DNA from: Zoogloea sp.
Lineage (GTDB): Bacteria > Pseudomonadota > Gammaproteobacteria > Burkholderiales > Rhodocyclaceae
Reading direction: 5' to 3' (one strand)
DNA length: 64,000 nt
Assembly (NCBI RefSeq): GCF_041915215.1
Contig: NZ_JAYSBV010000012.1
Numbering within the stretch: the first letter of the stretch is position 1; every line of letters starts with the position of its first letter. Below the pieces are notes generated by a model, which saw only the letters and a program-made list of their open reading frames with translations, searched no databases and was not told the DNA's origin. This document shows positions 28,443 through 37,583 of the stretch, one piece after another. The translations under genes and the position numbers were made by a program.

Positions 28443-29512
28443 GCGCGCTCGATATTCTGGTCACCACCTACAACGGCGTCGCCCACCTGGGTGACTGCCT
28501 GCAATCCCTCGTCCGGCAACGCTTCACCGACTTTCGGGTGCTGGTGATCGACAACGCCTCCAGCGACGCCACCCCCGCGCTGGTGGAAGAATGGATGGCC
28601 CGGGATGCCCGCATCCACTACCACCGCAACCCCCAGAACATCGGCCACATGCTGTCCGCCGACACGGCCTACCGGATGACCGGGGCCGAATACGTGCTCC
28701 AGATCCACGACGACGACATGCTGCACCCGGACTTCCTCAGCCAGGTGCTGGAACAGGGTCTAATGCAGCATCCGGACTGCCCCTTCGCCTACAGCCTGTT
28801 TTACCGGCTGGTGGACGGTGTCACCCTACCCGGCATCCACCAGTACCGGCCCGAGCTGCCCACCGGCGTGCATGACGTGCTGCCCGCCCTGTGCTTCACC
28901 AACTGGATCCTCCAGTCCTTCACCGTGTTCCGGCGGGCATGGTTTGATGCGGTAGGCGGCTTCCAGCGCCACATCGCCCGGCTCCACCCGGAAGACGCGG
29001 TCAAGCTGCGGGGCGGGTTTGTGGATCACTACATGTGGGCCCGGCTCGCCACCCTGGGGCCCGCCTATGTGGTGGATGAGCCCCTGGGCTATTACCGCAT
29101 CCACGCCAGCAGCCAGTTCAACCAGTCCAGCGGCAGCCGGCGCCTGATCCAGGAAGCGATCCGCACCTACGACTACATCTACGACGATCACGACCTGTTC
29201 GACGACGTGACCCGCTACCTGGTCAAGCTCAACCAGGCGGGCCGGCTGCTGACCCAGTGCGGGCTGATCAAAACCGCCGTCGACATGCTCCAGAGCCCCG
29301 ACACGGGCCCCGAACTGGCGCCCATCCGGCGTGCCTTCCTGCAGGGTCTGCACACCGGGCTGGAGCACATGGTGTTCGATTCCCCCAAGTTTCGGGAGCA
29401 CTTCCGGCTGGAAACGCCGGAAACCCTGGGCATGCTGGCCCAGATCATCCGCGACCTGCCCCCCGACACCACCCTGCGGCCCCGCAACACCCTGCGCGCC
29501 CGCATGTCCTGA
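28439..29512 (+). CDS. glycosyltransferase family 2
   Basis: ILVTTYNG...LVIDNASSD GT2 Rossmann start and a DDD motif. 4-nt overlap with the NUDIX gene. Confidence 0.75.
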   Translation: MSALDILVTTYNGVAHLGDCLQSLVRQRFTDFRVLVIDNASSDATPALVEEWMARDARIHYHRNPQNIGHMLSADTAYRMTGAEYVLQIHDDDMLHPDFLSQVLEQGLMQHPDCPFAYSLFYRLVDGVTLPGIHQYRPELPTGVHDVLPALCFTNWILQSFTVFRRAWFDAVGGFQRHIARLHPEDAVKLRGGFVDHYMWARLATLGPAYVVDEPLGYYRIHASSQFNQSSGSRRLIQEAIRTYDYIYDDHDLFDDVTRYLVKLNQAGRLLTQCGLIKTAVDMLQSPDTGPELAPIRRAFLQGLHTGLEHMVFDSPKFREHFRLETPETLGMLAQIIRDLPPDTTLRPRNTLRARMS

Positions 29513-29527
29513 GCCGCCCCCCGCGCC

Positions 29528-30568
29528 ATGTCCCCCGCCCTGCTTGCCGCCCCACTAAACCCGTTTGCCGACTGGGCCGCCCTGCGTGGCGCCCGGATCT
29601 TCATCACCGGCGGCACCGGCCTGTTCGGCCACTGGCTGCAGCCCCTGCTCTGCCGGGCCAACCAAACCCACGGACTGGGGCTGCAGCTCACGGTACTGAG
29701 CCGCGACCCGGCGCGCTTTCTGGCCGCCCATCCGGAACTGGCCGATGATACGGCGCTCAGCTTCATCGCCGGGGATGTGCGCGACTTTGCCTTCCCGGCA
29801 GGGGAATTCAGCCATGTGATCCACGGGGCGGCCACCGCCGCTGCCGCCACCTTCCACCGCCAGGAAGACGCCCTCACCAAGTTCGACACCACCTATGCCG
29901 GTACCCGCCGGGTGCTGGATTTCGTGGCCGAACGGGGTATCCCGCGCCTGCTGGTGCTGGGCTCGGGCGCTTACTACGGCCCCCTCCAGGCGGGCCACAC
30001 GGCCTACCCGGAGGACTACCCGGTCGCCCCCGAGCCCGGCAATCTGGACGTGGCCATTGGCCATGCCAAGCGGGCGGCGGAGTTCCTGTGCGCGGCCTAC
30101 GCGGCCCGCCACGGGTTTTCGTATTCGGTGGCGCGCTGCTTTTCCTTTGTCGGCCCCCATCTGCCCCTGGATCTGCACTACGCCATCGGCAACTTCATTC
30201 GCGATGCGCTGACGGCGCCCGCCATCATCGTGGGGGGCGACGGCAGCCCGATCCGCTCCTATCTGTATCTGGGCGACCTGATGGTCTGGCTGCTGACCGT
30301 GCTCACCCGGGGCGCCCCGGGGCAGGCCTACAACGTGGGCTCGGATGAAGCGATCAGCATCGGCGAACTGGCCCGGCGGGTGGGCGCGCTGTTGGCGCCC
30401 GGCAAGCCGGTACACATCCTGGGCCAGCCGAACGGGCTGCCTACCCGCAACATCTACGTGCCGGACATCCGCCGCGCCCGGGCGGAACTGGGGCTGGACG
30501 TACTCACCCCGCTGGATGATGCGATCCGCATCACCGCCCGCCATGCCGCGCCCCAAAGGCCGAATTAG
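29528..30568 (+). CDS. NAD-dependent epimerase/dehydratase (SDR) family protein, candidate NDP-4-keto-sugar reductase/epimerase
   Basis: ITGGTGLFGHWL glycine-rich NAD-binding motif. About 346 aa. Confidence 0.7.
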   Translation: MSPALLAAPLNPFADWAALRGARIFITGGTGLFGHWLQPLLCRANQTHGLGLQLTVLSRDPARFLAAHPELADDTALSFIAGDVRDFAFPAGEFSHVIHGAATAAAATFHRQEDALTKFDTTYAGTRRVLDFVAERGIPRLLVLGSGAYYGPLQAGHTAYPEDYPVAPEPGNLDVAIGHAKRAAEFLCAAYAARHGFSYSVARCFSFVGPHLPLDLHYAIGNFIRDALTAPAIIVGGDGSPIRSYLYLGDLMVWLLTVLTRGAPGQAYNVGSDEAISIGELARRVGALLAPGKPVHILGQPNGLPTRNIYVPDIRRARAELGLDVLTPLDDAIRITARHAAPQRPN

Positions 30569-30694
30569 CCCCGGCTGACCGGTCTTTTCCGGCCATGGCC
30601 CGCCCGGGCCTGGTTTCACAATGTGCTCAAAGCCGGATAAGCCAATTACCCGGCTGGCTGCTGTCATTCCCCGACAACCCAGCGAGAGCACACC

Positions 30695-31807
30695 ATGAGC
30701 ATTGCCCTAACCCCTGACGCCGGCCTCAACCCCGGCGAAGCCGCGAAACGCAACGACCTGGCGCAACGCAAGCCCTACATCGCCGCCAAGCTGGCGCGCA
30801 TCACCGAGATGGAGGAACGCGGCGAGATCAGCCCCATCATCCGGCTGGAAAAGAGCTATCTGTGCAACTTCACTTGCACCCATTGCTCTGCCGAGTACTA
30901 CATGGACCGGCACCTTAAAAAGGTTTTCCAGATCGTGGATGAGCGCCGCAAGATTGATCTGGACGACATTCGCCGGATCTCCCGCGAAGCCGACGAACTG
31001 GGCCTTGCCCGCTTCGTGATTACCGGGGGCGAGCCCCTGGTGATGAAGGACTTCGATGAGGTGGTGGCCGCCATCGACCCGGATCGCCATTACGTGATCA
31101 CCGACACCAATGGCTGGTTCCTGGATCTGGCCAAGGCCAAGCACCTGAAATCCATCGGCGTTGAAAAAGTCCAGCTCTCGCTGGACAGCATGGTGGAAGC
31201 CGATCACGACGCCTTCCGCAACAAGCCCGGCTCCTACAAGCGGGTGATGCGCGCCATCGACGCGGCCCGGGAGGCCGGCCTCAACCTGATTCTCTCCACC
31301 GTGCTGGTCAAGGGCCGGGCCAAAACCGACGAGTTCCGCCAGATGTGCGAATTCGCCAAGGCCAAGGGCATCGGGCTGTATGTGTCTTACGCCAAGCCCA
31401 CCGGCTCGTGCACCGAACACCCGGAGTTCGTGATCGAGAAGGAAGACGCCGACATCGTGCGGGAGCTGGAAAAGGAATATCCGGTATTCACCCACATGAC
31501 CCCTTCCTACGGCTCCTTCAAGGGCTGCATCACGGTGAAGGGCATCATCACCATCACCTCCACCGCCGAGGTGACGCCCTGCCCCTACATTGATTTTTCG
31601 CTCGGCAACCTGCGCGAGACGCCCCTCAAGGAAATTCTCGCCCGGGGCATGCGCAATCCCTGGCTCGGCCCCCACCGGCCCGACTGCCTGATCGGCGAAG
31701 ACCCCCAGTTCATCAAGATCCACACCGAACGCACCCAGGGCCGCACCCATCTGCCGGTGCCCTGGGGCCAGGGTTTTTCGGATCACGACAGCCTCCAGGA
31801 CGAGTGA
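30695..31807 (+). CDS. radical SAM enzyme (CX3CX2C; C-terminal Cys-containing auxiliary region)
   Basis: CNFTCTHC cluster motif. GGEPLV SAM-binding motif. C-terminal CPYID...C residues. Confidence 0.75.
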   Translation: MSIALTPDAGLNPGEAAKRNDLAQRKPYIAAKLARITEMEERGEISPIIRLEKSYLCNFTCTHCSAEYYMDRHLKKVFQIVDERRKIDLDDIRRISREADELGLARFVITGGEPLVMKDFDEVVAAIDPDRHYVITDTNGWFLDLAKAKHLKSIGVEKVQLSLDSMVEADHDAFRNKPGSYKRVMRAIDAAREAGLNLILSTVLVKGRAKTDEFRQMCEFAKAKGIGLYVSYAKPTGSCTEHPEFVIEKEDADIVRELEKEYPVFTHMTPSYGSFKGCITVKGIITITSTAEVTPCPYIDFSLGNLRETPLKEILARGMRNPWLGPHRPDCLIGEDPQFIKIHTERTQGRTHLPVPWGQGFSDHDSLQDE

Positions 31808-31876
31808 ACGCACGAGCACGCACGCTCACGCAGCCCCCCACATACACCCCACCTTCCGACCCGGGAGCCAGAGACC

Positions 31877-32683
31877 ATGTTTGCCACCGCCGACACCCTG
31901 CCCGACCTGTCCCTGTTTGATGAAAGTGGCCGCTGCCTGCCCAAGGGCCTGAACGCCCCGGCCCACGCCCGCAGCCGTCGCTACTTCCGCCTCCAGCCGC
32001 CGCGTCTGGACATGCCCAATCTGCACGCCCGGCTGCGCCAGCACCTGGGCGCCGGCCAAGGCATCAGCACCCAGGATTTCTGCACCCGGGTGGACGCCCT
32101 GCGCGCCAACCTGCAGGCAGACCCCCACCTGGCCGCCATTACCCGGGGCATCGGGATTCCCTTCATCCTGCCCCGGCTGGAGCACCCTGATGTGGGTACC
32201 GTACTGGACAAGCGCTACCTGCCGGCCATTGCCAGCGCCTTTGGCCAGCGCTTCCCGGATTACCGCTTCACCAGCCACCACACCCGCCCCCTGGCCGGGC
32301 TGTTGGGGGTACTGGAAGGCAGTCGCCACGAACGCCTGATCGAAGCCAGCCGGGAACGGGAGGTGGTGGGCCTGTACTTCCCTTGCCTCTCGGAATACTC
32401 GGTGCCCGCCGCCCTCGAACAGGTGGCCCGGCTGCCCGACAACTTTGTGCTGGCCGGCGGCTATGACACCAGTGCCGCCCTGGTGGCCTGCCCCGAGCTG
32501 CTGCTGCGCACCGACGGTTACCCGCCCCTGCTGTGGCTTTCGGCCCTGGCCGAAAACGGCAAACCCGGCATTGGCTACCACTACGAAGCCTACGGCTACA
32601 ACCTGACCTTCAACCGGCGCCCCCACCTGGGCATGGCCGCCGAGTACTGGAGCCACGGCCTGAGCGTGCTGGAAACCGTCTGA
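31877..32683 (+). CDS. hypothetical protein
   Basis: Co-directional ORF inside the island with no recognisable motif. Start uncertain. Confidence 0.35.
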   Translation: MFATADTLPDLSLFDESGRCLPKGLNAPAHARSRRYFRLQPPRLDMPNLHARLRQHLGAGQGISTQDFCTRVDALRANLQADPHLAAITRGIGIPFILPRLEHPDVGTVLDKRYLPAIASAFGQRFPDYRFTSHHTRPLAGLLGVLEGSRHERLIEASREREVVGLYFPCLSEYSVPAALEQVARLPDNFVLAGGYDTSAALVACPELLLRTDGYPPLLWLSALAENGKPGIGYHYEAYGYNLTFNRRPHLGMAAEYWSHGLSVLETV

Positions 32684-32725
32684 CCCCCTCTTCTGCACAA
32701 GACTGCAAGACCAAGGAAGGCCCCC

Positions 32726-35700
32726 ATGTCCAGCACGCTCCTGCGTCAGCTCTACGGCGCCCGCCGCCATCCCTATTACGTGATGGCCCCGGACTACCGG
32801 CGCACCTCCGCCGGCATCCGGGTCATGCACCAGCTCTGCCATGCCCTGCGCCTGAGCGGGGAGGAGGCCTGGATCGTGACCCAGCAGACCCACCCGGGCC
32901 TGGACACGCCCCTCCTGACCGATGAAATCCGCGCCGCCCACCAGAAAGCCGGCCTGGTGCCCATCGCCATTTACCCGGAAGTGGTGGGCCGCAACCCGCT
33001 CAACGGACGCGTGGTGGTGCGCTACCTGCTCAACCGCCCGGGCATGCTGGGCGAAACCCCGGCCTACGGCGCCGATGATCTGATTTACGTATACGAACCC
33101 GAGCTGGCCACCCACAGCGAGCGGGTGGATGGGGTGCTGCACATGCCCTCCATCGACACCCGGCTGTTCCATAACCGGGACAACCCGGACGAGGGCCGAC
33201 GCTCGGGATGCTGCATCTACTTTGGGCGCTACACCGGCGGCCCCCAGGAATACGCCGAACTGGCCGCCCGCTGCACCACGATCACCAGCGACTTTCCGGC
33301 CAGCCGGGAAGCACTGGCCGCCCTGCTGCGCCGCTCCGAATGGCTCTACTGCTTCGAAAACACCGCCCTGTCGATGGAAGCCCGCCTGTGCGGCTGCCCG
33401 GTGGTGATCCTGCCCGGCCCCATGTTCCGGGCCGAGAGCTTCTTTGGCCGGGAGCAGGGCTTTGAGCAAGGGGTGGCCTTCTCCGAAGAGCCCGCCGCCC
33501 TCGCCCAGGCCCGGGCCAGCGTGGGGCGCATCCCCGCCCTCTACGCCCGGCTGGAAGAAAAGTTCTGGAGCGGGCTGGACAGCCTGATCGAACAGACCCA
33601 GACCCGGGCCCAGGAAGAAGCCGCCCGCATCGGCGAAGAAGACCCGGCCCACCCCCGGAGCAGCAGCCAGGACCCGGAATACGCCACCTGGCGCGCCCGC
33701 CAGAGCCTGCAGGAAGTGGATGCCGAGGTGCTGGCCGAACGCATGGTGCAGCGCTGGACCCACCGCCCGGGCATCCACCTGATCCTCGAACTGCGCGCCG
33801 GCCAGGAGCCCCTGCTGGCCGACACCCTGGACAGCCTGGCCGCCCAGCTCTACCCCGAGTGGCTGCTGACCGTGGTGACGGTGCTGGACAAGCCCCCGGT
33901 GGCCGATGAGATTCCGAATCTCCAGTGGCTGAGCCTGCGCGACATCACCCACACCGATTACGTCATCGACGAAATGGCCAAGGCCTCCCCGGGCCAGTGG
34001 GTCGCCCGCATCGTGCCCGGCCTGACCCTGGAACCCCAGGCCCTGCAGGTGGCAGCGGATTACATCAATGCCCGCCCGGCCTGGCGCCTGATCTACACCG
34101 ACGAAGACACCCTGGAAGCAGACGGCAGCTACAGCCAACCCCTGTTCAAGCCCGATTTCAACCTGGACCTGCTGCGCGCCCAGGCCTATTTCGGCAGCCT
34201 GGTGCTGGTGGAAAAGCAGGCCCTGGTGGCCGCCGGCAGCTATGGCCCGGGCCAATACCCCTGGGCCGAAAACTATGACCTGAGCCTGCGGGTGCTGGAA
34301 CAGCAGGGCGAGGCGAGCATCGGCCACATCGACCAGATGCTCGTGCACCTGCATCGTCACAGCCCCCTCAGCCTCAACCCGGCCAGCGAAAAGGCCGCCC
34401 TGGAAGCCCATCTGGCCCGTTGCGGGCTGGAAGTGCGGGTACACGACAGCCCCCTGGCCGGCACCCGCCGGCTGGAACACCTGTGGCCCACCACGCCCCT
34501 GGTCAGCCTCATCATCCAGACCCGGGACCGGGAGGAATACCTGCGCCCCCTGCTGGACAGCCTGCGCGAACGCACCCGCTACCCGGCCTGGGAAGTGGTG
34601 CTGGTGGATAACGACAGCAGCGAGCACGACAGCCTCGCCTACCTGGCCGAGCTGCAGGCCGACCCGTTCTGGAGTGCCCGGCTGCGCGTCGTCCCCTGCC
34701 CGGGTGAGTTCAGCTACGCCCGGGGCGCCAACACCGGCGCCCGCCAGGCCCGGGGCGCCTATCTGATGTTCCTGGACAACGACATGCACATCGTTCAGGA
34801 CGAATGGCTGGACCGGCTGATGAGCCACGCCCAGCGCCCCGAGGTACTGATCGTGGGCCCGCGCCTGAGCTACCCGGAAACTGGCAAGGTACAGCAGACC
34901 GGCTGGGTGCTGGGCCTGCGGGGCAGTGCCGGCAGCCCCTGGGACAATGATCTCGAACTGGCCGCCCCCGGCTACATGGGGCGCGGGCTGTGCGATCAGA
35001 ACGTGGGCGCCATTGGCGGCTCGGCCCTGCTGATCCGCCAGACCGAATTTGCCCGGGTGGGCGGGATGGACGAGGTGAATTTCCCCCTCGCCCAAAGCGC
35101 GCTGGATCTGTGCCTGCGCGTTACCGGCGAAGGGGCCCCGGCGGGTGCCAAGATCGTCTGGACCCCCCACGCGATGCTGGTCCATTACGGCAGCGTTTCC
35201 CTCAAGGCCCGCCAGCGCAAGACCGAGGTGGCCCTGGCCGACCTGCTTGAAGCCCAGCGCGCCCACGATCAGGTGGTGGAGCGCTGGCTCCCCCGGCTGG
35301 CCCGGGACCCGGCCTATAACCGCCATCTGAGCTTGGTCAGCCCCTTCAAGCCCGAACATGTGATCCCCATGGACTGGGATCCGAACTTCCACGACCGGCC
35401 CCGCATTCTGGGCGTTCCGCTCACCGGCGGCGCTGGGGAATACCGGCTGCGCGCCCCCCTGCGCGCCCTGGCCCAACGGGGCCTGGCCCAGACCACCATC
35501 TGCGATCCACCCCGGGCCTTTACGGTGCGCATCCTGTCGCCAGTGGAAGTGGCCCGGGCCGCGCCGGACAGCCTGGTGCTGCACCAGCCCCTGGATGATG
35601 CCCAGAGCGACGCCCTCGCGGCCTACGCCCGCTTCGTCCCTGAGGTGAAGCGCATCGTGACCATGGATGACCTGATCACCGCCCTGCCCAAGAAGAACTG

Positions 35701-36394
35701 CTTTTATAAAAGCGGCTTCAAGGACGCCCGGGCCCGGCTGCGCCGCAACCTGGGCCTGGCAGACCGGCTGGTGGTGAGCACCCAGCCCCTGGCCGAGCTG
35801 TGCGCCGGGATGATCGACGATATCCGGGTGATGCCCAACGGGCTGGAAAGCGCACTCTGGCTCCCGGTTCAGCCGCCCCGCAAAGCCCGCCGCAAGCCCC
35901 GGGTGGGCTGGGCCGGCGCCCAACAGCACCAGGGCGACCTGGAACTGATTTACCCGGTGGTGGAAGCCCTGGCCGATGAGGTGGACTGGATTTTCATGGG
36001 CATGTGCCCGGACCCGCTCAAACCCTTCGTACGGGAAGCCCACGGCTTCGAGCTGAATTTCCGGGCCTATCCGGCAGCCCTCGCCCGGCTGGATCTGGAT
36101 CTGGCCATCGCGCCCCTGGAAATCCACGCCTTCAACGAAGCCAAGAGCAACCTGCGCCTGCTGGAATACGGGGCCATGGGCTGGCCCGTGGTGTGCACCG
36201 ACATCTACCCTTACCAGGACGCACCGGTGACCCGACTCCCCAACGATCCACAACGCTGGATCACCACCCTGCGCGAAATGCTGGCCGAACCCGAGGCCCT
36301 GGCCGCTGCGGGTCAGCAGCTACGCCAATGGGTTCTGGATCGTTACCTACTTGAAAACCTGCTGCCAGACTGGCTCTCCGCCTACGGCCCCTGA
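32726..36394 (+). CDS. large multidomain glycosyltransferase (unknown N-terminal region + two GT2 domains + C-terminal GT1/GT4-like domain)
   Basis: LVSLIIQTRD...VVLVDNDSS...FLDNDM (GT2 with DxD). An earlier GT2-like segment (LILELRAG...YTDEDT). C-terminal RVGWAGAQQHQGD...GWPVVCTDIYPY GT1-like segment. Ends 290 nt before fliC. Confidence 0.75.
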   Translation: MSSTLLRQLYGARRHPYYVMAPDYRRTSAGIRVMHQLCHALRLSGEEAWIVTQQTHPGLDTPLLTDEIRAAHQKAGLVPIAIYPEVVGRNPLNGRVVVRYLLNRPGMLGETPAYGADDLIYVYEPELATHSERVDGVLHMPSIDTRLFHNRDNPDEGRRSGCCIYFGRYTGGPQEYAELAARCTTITSDFPASREALAALLRRSEWLYCFENTALSMEARLCGCPVVILPGPMFRAESFFGREQGFEQGVAFSEEPAALAQARASVGRIPALYARLEEKFWSGLDSLIEQTQTRAQEEAARIGEEDPAHPRSSSQDPEYATWRARQSLQEVDAEVLAERMVQRWTHRPGIHLILELRAGQEPLLADTLDSLAAQLYPEWLLTVVTVLDKPPVADEIPNLQWLSLRDITHTDYVIDEMAKASPGQWVARIVPGLTLEPQALQVAADYINARPAWRLIYTDEDTLEADGSYSQPLFKPDFNLDLLRAQAYFGSLVLVEKQALVAAGSYGPGQYPWAENYDLSLRVLEQQGEASIGHIDQMLVHLHRHSPLSLNPASEKAALEAHLARCGLEVRVHDSPLAGTRRLEHLWPTTPLVSLIIQTRDREEYLRPLLDSLRERTRYPAWEVVLVDNDSSEHDSLAYLAELQADPFWSARLRVVPCPGEFSYARGANTGARQARGAYLMFLDNDMHIVQDEWLDRLMSHAQRPEVLIVGPRLSYPETGKVQQTGWVLGLRGSAGSPWDNDLELAAPGYMGRGLCDQNVGAIGGSALLIRQTEFARVGGMDEVNFPLAQSALDLCLRVTGEGAPAGAKIVWTPHAMLVHYGSVSLKARQRKTEVALADLLEAQRAHDQVVERWLPRLARDPAYNRHLSLVSPFKPEHVIPMDWDPNFHDRPRILGVPLTGGAGEYRLRAPLRALAQRGLAQTTICDPPRAFTVRILSPVEVARAAPDSLVLHQPLDDAQSDALAAYARFVPEVKRIVTMDDLITALPKKNCFYKSGFKDARARLRRNLGLADRLVVSTQPLAELCAGMIDDIRVMPNGLESALWLPVQPPRKARRKPRVGWAGAQQHQGDLELIYPVVEALADEVDWIFMGMCPDPLKPFVREAHGFELNFRAYPAALARLDLDLAIAPLEIHAFNEAKSNLRLLEYGAMGWPVVCTDIYPYQDAPVTRLPNDPQRWITTLREMLAEPEALAAAGQQLRQWVLDRYLLENLLPDWLSAYGP

Positions 36395-36417
36395 AAGGGC
36401 AGCCTACCCCAGCCACA

Positions 36418-36446
36418 AAAACCCGGCCTGTTGCGCCGGGTTTTTG
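36418..36446 (+). terminator. Rho-independent terminator (CCCGGC-loop-GCCGGG + TTTTT)
   Basis: Readable hairpin and T-run immediately after the large GT gene. Confidence 0.6.
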
Positions 36447-36565
36447 TGCTTTGCACCCTAAAGACTCGGCCCTCCCAGGCCGCTACCACTGGCAAGCCGG
36501 TAATCCGTCCAGAACTCCAACAAAACACAAAAACAAAAAAGTCAAGAGATTTATAGGGCGTTTTC

Positions 36566-36593
36566 TAAAGTCTTTTCCGGGCTTTCCGTAAAT
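36566..36593 (+). promoter_or_regulatory. candidate sigma-28 (FliA) promoter of fliC: TAAAG-N15-CCGTAAAT
   Basis: Match to the TAAA-N15-GCCGATAA class III flagellar promoter consensus, about 90 nt upstream of fliC. Confidence 0.4.
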
Positions 36594-36681
36594 GAATTCA
36601 ACGGCGGTTGCACAGCACACAACAAAGCTGACGCAAACCAAAGTCGAACACTGCTCATGTACGGAATGAAGGAGAAGCAAA

Positions 36682-37506
36682 ATGGCTGCCACGATCAACA
36701 CCAATTCCATGTCGCTCAACGCACAGCGGAATCTGTCTTCCTCGGCCGGTATCATGGCCAAGTCGGTCCAACGCCTGTCTTCGGGCCTGCGGATCAACGG
36801 CGCATCCGATGATGCAGCCGGCCTGGCGATTGCCGACAAGATGAACTCCCAGGCCAAGGGTTTTGACGTGGCCATCCGCAATGCCAACGACGGCATCTCC
36901 ATGGCCCAGACCGCAGAAAGCGCGATGCAGGCCGTGACCGACAACCTCCAGCGGATGCGCGAACTGGCGGTCCAGTCGGCCAACGGTACCTACACCAGCG
37001 GTGACCAGGCCAACATGGATACGGAATTCCAGCAGCTGCAATCGGAAATCCAGCGGGTTGTGGGGGGCACCACCTTCAACGGTCAGAACGTGCTGAACCT
37101 CAGCTCCAACGTGAATTTCCAGGTGGGTGCCGGTACTGCCACCACGGACACCATCACGGTGCAAAGCAGCGCAGTGACCCTGTCCGGGGTGTCCGCCGCC
37201 GTGACCGGCAGCATCAGCGCCGCCTCGGCTGCCACCGCCGCGATTGCCAACATCGACACCCAGATCAACAACCTGAACACTGCCCGCGCCACGTGGGGCG
37301 CCGTGCAGAACCGGTTCTCCTCGGTGGTCCAGACCCTGCAGGTGGCTTCGGAAAACGCCAAGTCCTCCCGTGGCCGGATCATGGATGCAGACTTCGCCCA
37401 GGAAACCTCCAACATGACCCGCGGCCAGATCCTGCAACAGGCCGGTACCGCGATGGTGGCCCAGGCCAACAGCGCCCCCAACAACGTGCTGTCCCTGCTC
37501 CGCTAA
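36682..37506 (+). CDS. fliC: flagellin (short, 274 aa)
   Basis: Conserved flagellin N-terminus ([16 protein letters not shown]...[20 protein letters not shown]) and C-terminus ([26 protein letters not shown]). RBS AAGGAG. Confidence 0.9.
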   Translation: MAATINTNSMSLNAQRNLSSSAGIMAKSVQRLSSGLRINGASDDAAGLAIADKMNSQAKGFDVAIRNANDGISMAQTAESAMQAVTDNLQRMRELAVQSANGTYTSGDQANMDTEFQQLQSEIQRVVGGTTFNGQNVLNLSSNVNFQVGAGTATTDTITVQSSAVTLSGVSAAVTGSISAASAATAAIANIDTQINNLNTARATWGAVQNRFSSVVQTLQVASENAKSSRGRIMDADFAQETSNMTRGQILQQAGTAMVAQANSAPNNVLSLLR

Positions 37507-37532
37507 GCCAAATTGTCCAATGAAACCCGGTG

Positions 37533-37561
37533 GGCGCCGTGATCCCCAGGGACACGGCGCC
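37533..37561 (+). other. stem-loop GGCGCCGTG/CACGGCGCC between fliC and flaG (no U-tract)
   Basis: 9-bp inverted repeat. Possible partial terminator or processing site. Confidence 0.35.
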
Positions 37562-37583
37562 AGCCGCATGAGGGGGAAGCAGC

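Noticed and set aside
30569-30694. Hairpin AGCCGG-N13-CCGGCT in the SDR/radical-SAM spacer as an internal attenuator
   Set aside because: The loop is long (13 nt) with no U-tract. It is insufficient to call a regulatory element.
31826-36253. 1475-aa ORF on the minus strand opposite the hypothetical gene and the large glycosyltransferase
   Set aside because: Its composition is Gly/Ala/Val/His-rich low complexity with no motif. The plus strand carries clear GT2/GT1 motifs and fits the co-directional operon. This is a typical GC-rich antisense artefact.
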